A DNA stretch of 64,000 nucleotides from an uncultured virus (IMG/VR IMGVR_UViG_3300020187_000013) (lineage: Duplodnaviria; Heunggongvirae; Uroviricota; Caudoviricetes), in IMG/VR virus record IMGVR_UViG_3300020187_000013; one strand, 5' to 3'. Shown here piece after piece: positions 10,252 to 25,800 of the stretch. The notes beneath the pieces are model-generated. The model did not search any database. It had not been told where the DNA came from and worked only from the letters and a program-made list of their open reading frames with translations. A program made the translations under genes and the position numbers. How positions within the stretch are numbered: the stretch's first letter is position 1; each line of letters starts with the position of its first letter.

Positions 10252-11571
10252 ATGAATAATAGACAACAATTCTATAATCCAAACTATTATAGTATATCAG
10301 GGTCTCAAGGAGAGAGAGGACCAGACGGACCACCTGGTAGAGCTGGAAAAGATGGAAGAGACGGCAAAAATGGTAAGGATGGTAGGGACGGTAAACCAGG
10401 ACAAAATGGTAGAAATGGTCGGGATGGTTTAGACGGATATATTGGAAGAGATGGTATAAAAGGTGATAAAGGAGACAAGGGAGAGACCGGGATGCAAGGA
10501 GATAGAGGAACCAAGGGTGATTCGGGTCCTACAGGATATACCGGTTGTAGAGGATCAATTGGATTAATAGGTATAACAGGATGTACTGGACCAACTGGTC
10601 CAGATGGTATAAGAGGATATACAGGTCCGACAGGACCAGTAGGAAAAAAAGGATTATTTGGAGATACAGGACCGACAGGACCTTCTGGAATAACAGGAGC
10701 AACCGGAGAAGATGGAAAACGTGGCCATACAGGATTTACAGGACCTACTGGAACAACAGGTCTTGATGGTATAATAGGAAATACAGGATCGACTGGATTA
10801 AGAGGAAATACGGGAGTTACAGGTCATACAGGATATACTGGTAATACAGGAAAAACAGGACCAACTGGTAATACTGGAAACACTGGGAATACAGGTCCAA
10901 CAGGTATTACAGGTAATACAGGGGATCAGGGATTAACATTTACATCATTTAATTTTAGTTTTAATTATAATAATATAAATAGTTCAGCTTTAAAAGGTCC
11001 TACTGGATCAAATGATATTTTGGGTGGACCTAATTTTAGTTATTTTAAAGATACAAAATGGTGGTGTAGTATTGGACAAATGAATAATATAGATGCGGGA
11101 GAGATTAATAGTGCGAATTTATTAAAAAATCGTTGGCCATATATTGGAAATGGAGATAGAAATATACCATCATATATTGTTCCTTTTAAAAAAATAAAAA
11201 TAGATTCATTACTATATTTTACGGCAAGAATATTTGATAACAACAATAACTTATTGAGTTTCCTAGGAGATGATCAAATAGAATTCAATCTATATTCCTA
11301 TAATTCATTAAATGATTATATTCCATTAGGTAAATCAGTATCAGGAATATCAACAGTAACAACAGGACCAATAAATACATGGTCAAATTCAGTAAATTTA
11401 GGTGAATTATATGTAGGAAATAGTGTAATACATGAAAACGGATTAATAGGAAGAGCGCTAGCATTAGACATCAAATTTATGAATAGAGGAATTAATTCTA
11501 TATTTAAAACAAATAATATAGATTCAATAAACATCAATTTAAGTGTAATGGCAAAAATTTTAGAGGTATAA
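10252..11571 (+). CDS. Collagen-like protein (paralog 1 of 3): (GRD/GKD)n, then (GxT)n, then a C-terminal globular domain
   Basis: About 70 consecutive Gly-X-Y triplets. The C-terminal domain (FxFNYxNIN...KWWC...ARxx) is shared with the next two genes. Confidence 0.9.
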   Translation: MNNRQQFYNPNYYSISGSQGERGPDGPPGRAGKDGRDGKNGKDGRDGKPGQNGRNGRDGLDGYIGRDGIKGDKGDKGETGMQGDRGTKGDSGPTGYTGCRGSIGLIGITGCTGPTGPDGIRGYTGPTGPVGKKGLFGDTGPTGPSGITGATGEDGKRGHTGFTGPTGTTGLDGIIGNTGSTGLRGNTGVTGHTGYTGNTGKTGPTGNTGNTGNTGPTGITGNTGDQGLTFTSFNFSFNYNNINSSALKGPTGSNDILGGPNFSYFKDTKWWCSIGQMNNIDAGEINSANLLKNRWPYIGNGDRNIPSYIVPFKKIKIDSLLYFTARIFDNNNNLLSFLGDDQIEFNLYSYNSLNDYIPLGKSVSGISTVTTGPINTWSNSVNLGELYVGNSVIHENGLIGRALALDIKFMNRGINSIFKTNNIDSININLSVMAKILEV

Positions 11572-11925
11572 AACTTAGTTTAAATTTAACCTCTCAGTTA
11601 ATTTTAAGATTAAACTTTTGTAAATAAAGTTTAAGTACTAGAAAGACAAACTTAAAAATAATACAATTTTACTTTCTCATTTTTTATATAAAAGAATTAC
11701 TTTTTGATATTGAAATTCTAGAATTAATTCTAATAGATATCCCTAATGCTAAACTTACAAGGAGGTTAAATATTATTATAATTTCTAAATTATATAATTA
11801 TTATTTATAAATAAATAATAATTATAAAATAAATGAATTAATTAGTTAAAGTTTAAACTAAGTGATATAATTATTTAAAATTCTAATTTTCTAATATTAA
11901 ATATTTATCTTTTTATATTATATCT

Positions 11926-13245
11926 ATGAATAATATTCCTAAAGATGCTGACTGTAATTGTCTAAAATGTAAGGATGAGATTATTAATACAGATAATAAT
12001 AATCCATCATATTATATGATAGCAGGGCCACAAGGTAATCAAGGAAGACAAGGTCCATCTGGAAGAGATGGTAGGGATGGTAGAGATGGTAAAGATGGGG
12101 TACAGGGAAGAGATGGGGCAAATGGTTTAGATGGAAAAGATGGGGAAAATGGAAATAATGGAAGCGATGGAAAAAATGGGGAAAAGGGTGTGCGTGGAAA
12201 TGAAGGTGTCAAAGGAGATACAGGAATTATAGGACCTACAGGTTTAACAGGAAGCACAGGTATAGAAGGTGATTCAGGTTTAAAAGGTGTATTTGGATAT
12301 ACGGGAGCGACAGGGTGTACAGGTATTTTTGGACCAACCGGTCCAACAGGAGTTACAGGACCGGATGGAAAAAAGGGATTAAGAGGTAATCAAGGTTTAA
12401 CATTAAAAGGAGATACAGGTTTAATGGGTAAAACAGGGGAAACTGGATGTACAGGTCCAACAGGTTACAGGGGACCAACTGGATCAGTAGGTCATACAGG
12501 ACCAACTGGAATAGATGGTATAATAGGAAGAACAGGAGATACTGGATGGACAGGTTGGGAAGGATCAATTGGAAATATTGGATTGAAGGGATATCATGGA
12601 ATAATAGGTTTACAAGGATCTAAAGGTGAGATAGGAAAAGAAGGAATAAGTAATAATTTTTTGAACTTTACTCTTAATTATACTAATATTAATACAATAG
12701 GACTTGAAAAAATGAATGGTAAAAAATGGTGGTGTATTTCACAAGGAATTAATATAATTGATATTAATAAATTTTTGAATAAATGGTATGGAACAATTCC
12801 TACTAATATATCAGATTTAGTAATAGATTTTGTACCTAATAATTATTCAAATACATCAAATATTTCAAATTATATTATTCCTTATACAAAAGTTAATATA
12901 CTATCAGAAAATGTAAACATAATGGCCAGATTTTGGACAAAAAATGGAATATTAATTCCATTAGAAAATACAGATTCAATTAAGGTTAAATTAATTTCTT
13001 ATGTAAATATTTTAGCAAATAAAACACTAGAGTCTTTATCAGAAGGTTTAGGAATTTTAAATGGCACAAATACAGATAAAATTTTATGTAAAAACATATC
13101 TTTAAATTCTAATGTATTGTGTAATTTAAAAAATTCTTTAGCATGTTATATAGAATTTGATTTCAATGAAAATTCAGGATTATTTACTTCATCAATTGAT
13201 ACAATAGAGATTTCAATTGGAATAAAAGGATCTGTTGAAAAATAA
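11926..13245 (+). CDS. Collagen-like protein (paralog 2 of 3)
   Basis: Long Gly-X-Y tract; C-terminal domain with [10 protein letters not shown]...KWWCIS...MARFW; N-terminal CxCxxC. Confidence 0.9.
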   Translation: MNNIPKDADCNCLKCKDEIINTDNNNPSYYMIAGPQGNQGRQGPSGRDGRDGRDGKDGVQGRDGANGLDGKDGENGNNGSDGKNGEKGVRGNEGVKGDTGIIGPTGLTGSTGIEGDSGLKGVFGYTGATGCTGIFGPTGPTGVTGPDGKKGLRGNQGLTLKGDTGLMGKTGETGCTGPTGYRGPTGSVGHTGPTGIDGIIGRTGDTGWTGWEGSIGNIGLKGYHGIIGLQGSKGEIGKEGISNNFLNFTLNYTNINTIGLEKMNGKKWWCISQGINIIDINKFLNKWYGTIPTNISDLVIDFVPNNYSNTSNISNYIIPYTKVNILSENVNIMARFWTKNGILIPLENTDSIKVKLISYVNILANKTLESLSEGLGILNGTNTDKILCKNISLNSNVLCNLKNSLACYIEFDFNENSGLFTSSIDTIEISIGIKGSVEK

Positions 13246-13378
13246 AGAAATTTATTTCAAAAATATACTTATTAATTCTTGAAAATAATTTTGTATTATT
13301 TGATATAATTAGTATATGGAGATAAAATTTAAAATTATTTAAATTATTTTTTATTCTATATTTATAGTATAAATAATA

Positions 13379-14752
13379 ATGAATGATAGTAATAATAATA
13401 TAATTTATACAATAAAGGGTAGCCAAGGCGAAGATGGATCTGAAGGACCAATGGGAAGAGATGGTAAAGATGGAAGAGATGGTATAGATGGAAGAGATGG
13501 TAAAGATGGAATTGATGGAATAAATGGAATATCAGGAAAAAATGGTAGAGATGGAACAAATGGATTAGAAAGTAACGAGGAAGGAGAGAAAGGAGATACA
13601 GGAGATAAAGGAGAATTAGGTAATATAGGTATACAAGGAGAAGCAGGTTTAAAAGGTGTAAAAGGACCAACAGGACATACAGGGCACACAGGATGGACAG
13701 GTCCAAAAGGTCATATAGGGATTAGTAATTTTGAGGTGGGATATACAGGACCGACGGGAAATACAGGCCCAGATGGTGATAAAGGATATAGAGGTCCACC
13801 TAATAATTTAAAAGGTTGGACAGGTAAAACAGGAGATACAGGTTATAAAGGTCCTACTGGAAATAGAGGACCAGTAGGAGATTCAGGGAAAATAGGTATA
13901 ACAGGATCAACAGGACCATCGGGTTTTATCATAATAGGAAGTACAGGAGCGACAGGATATACAGGACCGACAGGAGAAACTGGTAGTACTGGTCCTACAG
14001 GACCAACCGGATATACTGGTGCTAAAGGAAATACAGGTTTAGACGGAGGTAATCCAGATTTAGTGTCATTTTATTTTTCAGGTGCATTTAATATAGCAAA
14101 AGCAAGTATTAAAGGAAATAATCCTTTAGGAGGATCAAAGGTAAAAGATATAATAAATAATTCGGAAATAATAAATGTATGGTTAAATCCTGATGATATT
14201 ATAGAAGAATGGGATAAAACCAATAAAAAAAAATTGGCTAAAGCAGAATATATAAGTGATGGTACTAATTTATCAAATGTAAAAGATATAAATTTAGTTC
14301 CAAATAAAATTATAACAAAAAATAAGTTAGAATTAAATAATTTATGTGTAATGATAAGAGCATGGGATGAATTAAATTCAGTAATATTAAATAAAAATAC
14401 AGATAATATAGATATAAAATTATGGTCATTTTGTAATTTAGATGAAACAACAGGACTCCCTATAGTTAATAATATAAATAGCGATGAAGGTACATTTTGT
14501 TCAAAAACTATACAGGTAAAACCAGAAACAATAAGTTGGTCTTCAGATGAAATTAATATAGAAAAAATTAATTCTAATGGAAATAGTATTCCATTTAAAA
14601 TGATTTCGAATAATACAGTAAATAGATCTTTAGCAGTTCAATGTAAAATAAGCAGTTCATCATTAGGTGGTAGTAATATTACAGGCTTAAAAGATGGAAA
14701 TGCTGAATGGGTACATATAATGATTGGAATTAAAGGAAAATCATATATTTAA
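13379..14752 (+). CDS. Collagen-like protein (paralog 3 of 3)
   Basis: GRDGKDGRDG start and GxT tract; the C-terminal domain (ILGG/PLGG, MIRAW, RSLAV, IGIKG) is related to the two preceding genes. Confidence 0.9.
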   Translation: MNDSNNNIIYTIKGSQGEDGSEGPMGRDGKDGRDGIDGRDGKDGIDGINGISGKNGRDGTNGLESNEEGEKGDTGDKGELGNIGIQGEAGLKGVKGPTGHTGHTGWTGPKGHIGISNFEVGYTGPTGNTGPDGDKGYRGPPNNLKGWTGKTGDTGYKGPTGNRGPVGDSGKIGITGSTGPSGFIIIGSTGATGYTGPTGETGSTGPTGPTGYTGAKGNTGLDGGNPDLVSFYFSGAFNIAKASIKGNNPLGGSKVKDIINNSEIINVWLNPDDIIEEWDKTNKKKLAKAEYISDGTNLSNVKDINLVPNKIITKNKLELNNLCVMIRAWDELNSVILNKNTDNIDIKLWSFCNLDETTGLPIVNNINSDEGTFCSKTIQVKPETISWSSDEINIEKINSNGNSIPFKMISNNTVNRSLAVQCKISSSSLGGSNITGLKDGNAEWVHIMIGIKGKSYI

Positions 14753-14821
14753 TAATAAAAAATAAATATAATGTTTAAATAATAAAAAAAATATTCTTTT
14801 TTATTATTAATATATTATAAA

Positions 14822-16807
14822 ATGTCTAATAATTTTAATATTTATAAATCTGAAAATAATACAAAATATTTAAGAAATTATGCTTGCGATGATTCAGATA
14901 ATAGTTCATTTAATTCTAGATCAAATAAATATAATTTTAGAAATAATGATGAACCAGGATCAAAAGGTAGCAAAGGATCAAAAGGAGAACATGGTGAACA
15001 AGGTGAAACGGGTTCAATAGGATATAGAGGATTACAAGGGGAACAAGGAATAAGAGGTACTGAAGGTCCTCAAGGAAATAATGGCGTACCAGGAAGTATA
15101 GGTTTACAAGGTGAAAGGGGAGAAAAAGGAACAATGGGATCAGATGGAATACAAGGAATAAAAGGAGAACCAGGTTTAGGTATTAAAGGTCCTAAAGGGG
15201 ATTTAGGAAATCAAGGAAATCAAGGAATAAGAGGATATAAAGGTGAACAAGGTATAAATGGTATAAAAGGAGAGAAAGGAGATGATGGTATAAGAGGAAA
15301 ACCAGGAGAAAAAGGAAATACTCCTGATTTAGCAAATAGTATTGAATTATCAAATATTAATAGTAATATTAGTAATTTATTTAATATAAATAATAATAAT
15401 ATAACATTAATTTTTGATATTGATATAATAGATTATAGAGGTATATCTTTAAATTCTTGGGTTAGAGCAATTAAAGAAGAAAATATTCTAAAAATATATG
15501 ATAAAAATAATGTAAATATAAATTGTATATTAAGAGTAAAATCAAAAAATTTTACGACTAATAGTTTTAATTTTGTTCTAGATACAATTGTAAGTTCTGA
15601 AGAAATTATAAATAAACTTAAAAATGTAAATAATTTAATTATTACTACACATAATGAATTTCAACAAGGTCCCCAAGGTGTTAGAGGAGAATCTGGATCA
15701 AGTATTAAAGGTGAGAAGGGAGAAATAGGAGATGTAGGACCGGTAGGAATAGGATTAAGAGGACCTAGTTCAATAATATTATCAGATTATTGGCTATTAA
15801 ATACAGGTATAGAAGATATACCAGGTTTAGGTACATTTACTTTAAATTTCTTTAAAGGAACAAAAGAAAATTACATAATCTATTTAAATAAAAATTCTAA
15901 TTCATTTACAGGAACACTTAATTATGAAGATAAATTTAAAATAGTAAATATTGGTAATAATATTATATTAGAAGGACCTACCAATTACGGACAAATATCT
16001 GAGTCTTATAATAGAATTATATTCAAAATTACAAATATTATAGATTTAAATTCCAATTATCTAAAATTAGATTTAATATTGGATAAATTTTTAACAAAAC
16101 CAAATAATTTTAATTTATTATCAACTAATGTCTATAAAATAAGTATAGGACATATTGCCTCCGAAAAAGGAGAACAAGGACAGAAAGGAATTAATGGATT
16201 AGCAGCAGAACAAACAAAACCAGGTACAATATTAGGTTTCAGTTCATACAATAGTATTGATAAATTTAATTATATTATATCTAATACTATGTCAGTAATA
16301 TTATTTGAAAATGATACTAACCATGGAAATATTTCTAATAATCCTTTAAGAAAAGTACCATTTAAAGTATCATGTAAAATACCTCCAAGTAAGAGATTAT
16401 TAATTGAATTTAGTATAAAATTAGAAGGATTATTTAATGAAATAGAATATTCTTTATCTACATCCAAAAATAATCATTTACCTTTAAAAGATTCAAATGG
16501 CAATGATTTATATTTTAGAACAGATAAATTTTTAACAAATTTATCAGATAAAAAGTATATATATTTTAATCCATCATTTTATGTAGATTATAATATTAAT
16601 AATATATCAGTCAATATAGGAGATACAATAAATTTTTACTTATTTATAAAAATTAGTAATGGAAATTCTGGTAATTTAAGTTTTGGAAATAATAATATTA
16701 GAGCATTTAGTAAAATATTAGATTTAGGAATATTAGAAAGTGGAATAAACTTTATTCCTAATTTGGATGATCCAAATTCACAGGAATTTAATAGTTATAT
16801 TACATAA
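14822..16807 (+). CDS. Interrupted collagen-like protein with two copies of a non-collagenous module
   Basis: Gly-X-Y (GEK/GEQ/GIK) tracts separated by globular modules, one ending YKISIG. Confidence 0.88.
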   Translation: MSNNFNIYKSENNTKYLRNYACDDSDNSSFNSRSNKYNFRNNDEPGSKGSKGSKGEHGEQGETGSIGYRGLQGEQGIRGTEGPQGNNGVPGSIGLQGERGEKGTMGSDGIQGIKGEPGLGIKGPKGDLGNQGNQGIRGYKGEQGINGIKGEKGDDGIRGKPGEKGNTPDLANSIELSNINSNISNLFNINNNNITLIFDIDIIDYRGISLNSWVRAIKEENILKIYDKNNVNINCILRVKSKNFTTNSFNFVLDTIVSSEEIINKLKNVNNLIITTHNEFQQGPQGVRGESGSSIKGEKGEIGDVGPVGIGLRGPSSIILSDYWLLNTGIEDIPGLGTFTLNFFKGTKENYIIYLNKNSNSFTGTLNYEDKFKIVNIGNNIILEGPTNYGQISESYNRIIFKITNIIDLNSNYLKLDLILDKFLTKPNNFNLLSTNVYKISIGHIASEKGEQGQKGINGLAAEQTKPGTILGFSSYNSIDKFNYIISNTMSVILFENDTNHGNISNNPLRKVPFKVSCKIPPSKRLLIEFSIKLEGLFNEIEYSLSTSKNNHLPLKDSNGNDLYFRTDKFLTNLSDKKYIYFNPSFYVDYNINNISVNIGDTINFYLFIKISNGNSGNLSFGNNNIRAFSKILDLGILESGINFIPNLDDPNSQEFNSYIT

Positions 16808-16867
16808 TTTTTTTTTTTTTTTTTATTAATGATAATCTTATATAATATTATCTTAATATTATATAAG

Positions 16868-19642
<2,775 letters not shown>

Positions 19643-19740
19643 TAATATATTTAGGAGTAATAATATGAATATGAATTTTTTTATAATATTTAATATTCTG
19701 TTTTTTTCTAATAGAATATTATTTATATATATTATATTAA

Positions 19741-22700
19741 ATGACTAATTCAGATAATATAAAAGGAGATAAGGGAGAGCCGGGAAAAAATGGTATTCAA
19801 GGACCAAGAGGTATTCAAGGAAATAATGGACCTAGAGGCTATAGAGGTATAGAAGGTGAAAAAGGTTTAAAAGGTGATGTAGGCCAATCTCAAATTGATT
19901 TACAAAATCAATGGAAAATAATACCTTTTTTTGATAAAGTCAATATTTTTTATGAAAGTATATATAATTTTAATTTTTTTATACCATTTAGTAATATTAT
20001 TGATAATTTAGAAGAAAATGAACCAAATTATTTGGCTAAAATTGAAAGTAATCCTAAACTAGTACAAACTATTGGATTAAATTTTAATGGATGTTTACCA
20101 GAACCAAATGGTACATCTTATGAATATAATTTTAAAAATCATCTAAATTCTAATAAAACTCTTATAATACAAGGATATAGTGATAATTGTAATAATATTA
20201 AGATAAAAAAATATGCAGTATATACTATTGGAAAATCTTTTACAGTTGAAGGTAAGTATACCTATATACAAGTTAATTATCAATATTCAAATTTAAAAAA
20301 ATTTGAATTTCCAAATAATGAGTCTACTGATTTATTTTATAGAATAAGCATTGGTAATTTTTTTGCTATAGAAGGACCTATTTTTGAAAATGCTATCTTG
20401 GATGACAATAATAACACTTTATGTTTATTATCGAACCTTAAATTATCTAATAAAAAAGATGATAATATTTCAAATATTATATTAGAAAATGGAAAAATTT
20501 CTGCTAATACATTAAATATCAATGAATTAAAATTTAATAAGGATAATATCTATGTAAATGATCAAATATTAATAGATTCTAATTTGTTATTAAAAGGGTC
20601 AATATCTAATGTTCATACATTTTCGATTGATGGTAATATTAAAATTAATGACATATTTAATAAAGATGAGCCTACATTATCTCTATATGGTACAGCTTAT
20701 ATTAAAAATAATGATATAACTAAAAAAAACACTTTAATAGTTGATGGTAATTCTCTTTTTAAAAATTCAAATATTACTAATAATAATCCAATATTTACAA
20801 TTGAAGGTAATTCTTTGTTTAAAGGTTCTACAATTTTTAAGAAAAATTCAGAATCAGATAATAATTTATTAATTAATATAGAAGGTGATTTTAAAGCTAA
20901 AAATATTAATATTGAAAGTATCAAATCGAATAAAAGTGATATAATAATTGAAAATAATTTAACAGTAAAAGGAGTTATTGATGCTATGATAGGATCACCT
21001 AGTATAGGAAATTTTAATAATAGTGATATTGAACATACAGATTCTATTGCGGATGCTTTGCACAAATTATTAAAAATTGTAAATTGTATCGCATTGCCTC
21101 CTAAACTTATTAATGAAATAAGACAACAATCTCTAATTGGAACAAAATATACTTCAATAAATTGTTTTAATGGTATAAAAGTTGACAATGTATATTCAGG
21201 AAATAATTTACCAAAATTATATATTGGAGATAAAAATATTAAATATTATTCTGAATTAACTGATGATGAGTTAGATAATAGAGATCCATTATCTCATGAA
21301 GAATCCTATGGAAAAGATGGAACAACAATAAAAGCCATTTTAACTGTTATGAATATCGATAATAATGATGATAATAATAGTTATGAAATTGGTAAACATA
21401 TTTTTTCTAAATTACCCGATTCTCAAAATAGTATGGTATATAATGATGATAGTTTAAGTATATTTCATATGAAATGGCATAAATATAAATGTTTTGATTC
21501 ATTTGTTGCTACTATTGATTTGAATATGTCTTCTAATTCATTATTAGAAAATTCAAATGAAAATTCATACAAAATATATTATGAAAATAATTTTTCTAAT
21601 GAAATTAATATTGTTTATCCAAATCTACCTGAATATTTTTATCTTGATAATGCATATAAAAATGCTTTAAATATATCTGGTCCTAGAGATACTCCTATTG
21701 CAAAAATTAATGTTGCTGGTCCTGATGGTTATATTGGAAATTATGTATCTGGAGTTCCTGTTATGACTTCTTCCGATAAATTTTCTTGCATTTTTACGGT
21801 GGATAATGCTGTTAATTTATTTCATCCTGAAATTATAGCAGAAATATATGGTGATTCTTTTGATACTATCTATCTAGATGCTAGTATGGCCAATCCTCCA
21901 TTAATATATCCTACATCAGGCGAAAAATTAACTTATAATAATATAAAAATTCCTATTAAATCAAATTATTATCAAGATATTAATCCAGGAATTAATGGAA
22001 CAAAAATTTATATTAAAGCGTACAATTCAATTGGCGAATCTTTTACTAAAATGTGTATGAATTTTGATACATTTAATAATGAGGTATTATTTAGAATAGA
22101 TACAAAAAGTTTAGAACCTAGTTCAGAAATATTTACATCCGAAAAATTTGGTATTGAAAATGTTAGATCAAGTGGTTATGCTTGTAGAATTTCAAATTAT
22201 TTTAATGGTGAAAATCCTAGTTTTTCTTGGTTTAATGTTGAAAAATATGAAAATGAAAAATCAATTATATCTACACAAGATTTACAAATAATAGCCGGAA
22301 AATATCAGTATCCTCCTAATGTTGATTACTCTAAATATGAACCTTCTGGTCCTAATTATTCAAATAGTAATTTAGGTTTATTAGGTGATCCTATCGGAAT
22401 TCATTATTATAGATATGCTACATTTTATTTAGGAAGAATTCATAATAAAAATTCTATTACAATTCTTATTAATAATATTGAAAATTTTGGAGATGATGTT
22501 ATTATACCTAATTTTAAATTTTATGTTAAAGTTTTAAGCAGTAATGATAATACAGATACTGAATTAGATAATTGGATTGATGGAAATTCATTTAATGATA
22601 ATATTCAAAATCCTGATGGAATTAACTATAATTCAGCTCTTCATAATACTTCAACTGTTTCAAAAAGAATAATTACTTTTGGTTCAGTATATAGAACAGG

Positions 22701-22770
22701 AGATATTATAGTAAGAATTGGAATTCCAAGAACTTCTCCCAAAAAATTTGGATCTATTAATTTATTATAA
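19741..22770 (+). CDS. Putative virion structural/fibre protein with a short N-terminal collagen segment
   Basis: About 14 Gly-X-Y triplets, a module ending YRISIG, beta-strand repeats (LxIxGNSLFK), and a large C-terminal domain (GPNYS...YRYATF...WIDGN...RIITFG). Confidence 0.8.
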   Translation: MTNSDNIKGDKGEPGKNGIQGPRGIQGNNGPRGYRGIEGEKGLKGDVGQSQIDLQNQWKIIPFFDKVNIFYESIYNFNFFIPFSNIIDNLEENEPNYLAKIESNPKLVQTIGLNFNGCLPEPNGTSYEYNFKNHLNSNKTLIIQGYSDNCNNIKIKKYAVYTIGKSFTVEGKYTYIQVNYQYSNLKKFEFPNNESTDLFYRISIGNFFAIEGPIFENAILDDNNNTLCLLSNLKLSNKKDDNISNIILENGKISANTLNINELKFNKDNIYVNDQILIDSNLLLKGSISNVHTFSIDGNIKINDIFNKDEPTLSLYGTAYIKNNDITKKNTLIVDGNSLFKNSNITNNNPIFTIEGNSLFKGSTIFKKNSESDNNLLINIEGDFKAKNINIESIKSNKSDIIIENNLTVKGVIDAMIGSPSIGNFNNSDIEHTDSIADALHKLLKIVNCIALPPKLINEIRQQSLIGTKYTSINCFNGIKVDNVYSGNNLPKLYIGDKNIKYYSELTDDELDNRDPLSHEESYGKDGTTIKAILTVMNIDNNDDNNSYEIGKHIFSKLPDSQNSMVYNDDSLSIFHMKWHKYKCFDSFVATIDLNMSSNSLLENSNENSYKIYYENNFSNEINIVYPNLPEYFYLDNAYKNALNISGPRDTPIAKINVAGPDGYIGNYVSGVPVMTSSDKFSCIFTVDNAVNLFHPEIIAEIYGDSFDTIYLDASMANPPLIYPTSGEKLTYNNIKIPIKSNYYQDINPGINGTKIYIKAYNSIGESFTKMCMNFDTFNNEVLFRIDTKSLEPSSEIFTSEKFGIENVRSSGYACRISNYFNGENPSFSWFNVEKYENEKSIISTQDLQIIAGKYQYPPNVDYSKYEPSGPNYSNSNLGLLGDPIGIHYYRYATFYLGRIHNKNSITILINNIENFGDDVIIPNFKFYVKVLSSNDNTDTELDNWIDGNSFNDNIQNPDGINYNSALHNTSTVSKRIITFGSVYRTGDIIVRIGIPRTSPKKFGSINLL

Positions 22771-22805
22771 ATTTTTTTTTTTTTTTTTTTTGGTGTTTTA
22801 TATTA

Positions 22806-25800
22806 ATGAATAATAATAATGTACAGTATGTTGAACCAGCTAGAGGGCCTGCTGGACGTGATGGAAAAGATGGTAGAGATGGTCGCCTAGGTCCAATGGG
22901 TTCAATGGGTCCTATAGGTAATCCAGGTAAAGATGGTTTTCCTGGTCCTCAAGGTAATAAAGGAGAACCTGGTATTCAAGGATCTACAGGATCTATGGGA
23001 AATATAGGACCGACAGGTCCTCAAGGTAATAAAGGCATAAATGGAGATACTGGCCCTCAAGGTAATAAAGGAGAATCAATTAAAAGTGCAGAAATTATTG
23101 ATAATCGGATAATTATTACATTTTCTGATGATACTGTTTATACTGTAAATGGTGATGATATTAAAGGAGATAAAGGTGATGAAGGCGCACAAGGTATTAT
23201 AGGACCTATAGGACATACAGGAAAAGAAGGTATTCAAGGTAATAGAGGAGGTAATGGTAATTCTATATTTTTATTCAGTAGATTTTCTACTACTCCAGAT
23301 ATAAATGAATTCGGTTTAATTGGTAAAACATATTACGAACTCTCAGAAATTGTATTTAATAATAATACAATTCATAAAGGATGGATTGATATGATTAAGG
23401 AAAAAGACTCATTTATTATTAAAAATCCAAATAATATAGAAGATTATGCAGTATATAATGTTATATTTAATATTAAAAATAATTCCAGTTTATCTTTAGA
23501 ATTTGTTACTAATGGAATTAATATTGATTTATTTGATAAATATCAATATGAATTGTCATTTACATCAAGAGGTGTTGATGGAGATAGAGGAGATAAAGGT
23601 GAAAAAGGTTTCAAAGGTGCTGATGGATTTTATGTAAATCGTGATGTTACTCTTGATGATTTTTTAAGTATTAAAGGAGATAAAGGTAAGTCTGGAAAAG
23701 ATGGAGACAAAGGTGAAAGAGGTACAAGAGGCTTACTAGGTGATAAAGGTGAAGCTGGACCTTCTGGAATACAAGGTGAAAAAGGACCTGAAGGAGAACA
23801 AGGTTTACAAGGTGTTCAAGGTATTCAAGGAGAAAAAGGAGATAGAGGTTTACAAGGTCCAATTGGTATAGGCGATAAAGGTGAGACAGGGGATAAAGGT
23901 CAAAAAGGCAATATTGGAGATATAGGTCCTGATGGGAAGAAAGGAGAACAAGGAATTTCAATTAAAGGTCAAAAAGGTGAAATAGGATTTATTGGATTAA
24001 CAGGACAAAAAGGTGTTCAGGGTATTCAAGGAATTGATGGTGAAAAAGGTAATAAAGGCCAAAAAGGTGATGATGGAAAAAAAGGTGAAGCTGGTCCTAT
24101 TGGTATTCAAGGAACTGGTGGTATTGGTGGAGTTAAAGGAGAACCTGGTATTCAAGGTGAAATTGGAATTGGAATTCAAGGTATTCAAGGTGCTAAAGGG
24201 AAAAAAGGTGAAAAAGGTATTGAAGGAGACAGAGGATTAATCGGTGATGAAGGACCAGAAGGAACTCAAGGTGTAGTTGGACCACTAGGTCCTATAGGAG
24301 ATCAAGGAAATAAAGGAGAACAAGGTGAAATTGGTTACATTGGACCAAAAGGTAATGATGGTAACAGAGGTACTCAAGGTATTAAAGGTGAAAAAGGACC
24401 AGCATTTGATCATATTATAAGACAAAATTTACTTCCAGATACACCTAATGTTTATAGTATAGGTACTAAAGAAATGCCATTTAAAGATTTATATGTTAGT
24501 GTTAACACACTATTTATGGGAGATGCAACTATTAGTGCTGGTAAAGACACTGAAACCGGTGAATCTCGAATAGAACTACCTGGAAGTAGTACCATAGGAG
24601 GTGTACAACCTGGTACAATTGTTATTAAGGGTCGGTTTTCATCTTTATACTATTTACCTAGAAGTACTGATTATGATACTCCTGAATATGATTATGTGTT
24701 ATCTGAACCTACTCCTGTTCAATCTGCACCTAAAATAGGCGACTCATATATACTTTATGGATATTTGTGGACTGCCATTAAAAATAATCCTAGACCACTT
24801 CCTACATATTTTCAACCAGATCAGCTATATCACAATGTTGCGCATGATGAAGGATGGGAAAATGTAGGTAAAATTCAAGGAGCACAAGGTCAAAAAGGAG
24901 AAAAGGGATTAATAGGATTTCAAGGTCCTCAAGGCATTGAAGGTGAAAAAGGCTTACAAGGTCAAAAAGGTGAAATTGGAGATAAAGGAAATAAAGGAAG
25001 TATAGGTGATAAAGGTTCTAGAGGTATTGACGGTATACAGGGTATACGAGGATTCACTGGTCCAAGAGGAATTAAAGGTATCATAGGAGATAAAGGAATT
25101 GAAGGTTCTCAAGGAATTATCGGAGATAAAGGAGATCAAGGATCTATCGGAAATATAGGGCCTCAAGGTCCTGAGGGTATTCAAGGTATAAAAGGAAGTA
25201 TTGGTAATACTGGTCCTATAGGAATTAAGGGTGAAATTGGTCCTCAAGGAATAAAAGGAGAAATTGGTATTGGTATTATAGGTTCCACGGGTCCTAAAGG
25301 TATCATTGGATTTACAGGAACTAAAGGTGAAAAGGGTGAAATAGGAGAATCTATTAAGGGTATTCAAGGTATAATGGGACCGCAAGGTATTAAAGGACAA
25401 AAAGGCTCTGAAGGAGATAAGGGTGATGTAGGATCAAAAGGAGATCTAGGATATGGAGATAAAGGAATTAAAGGTGATAATGGTCCTAAGGGAGAAATCG
25501 GACCAAAAGGTCCTATCGGTATTAAGGGGAATATAGGAATACCTGGTCAAAAAGGAGAAATAGGCCCTAGAGGCGAGTTTGTTATCGGTCCTAAAGGTCC
25601 TAAAGGAGATTTTGGACCGCTTGGCCCTAAAGGATTAAGAGGCCCAAAGGGTGAAGGAGCAGAATTAGGAGGTTTATTTTTTATTGGTAAAATTCCTGAC
25701 AATCTGGATAATACATTGATAACTACTGATATTTATTATTTCTATTGGAATATTGATGATCAGGCTGGAAAAATTGTTATTCAAAATAAAGATGAAATTG

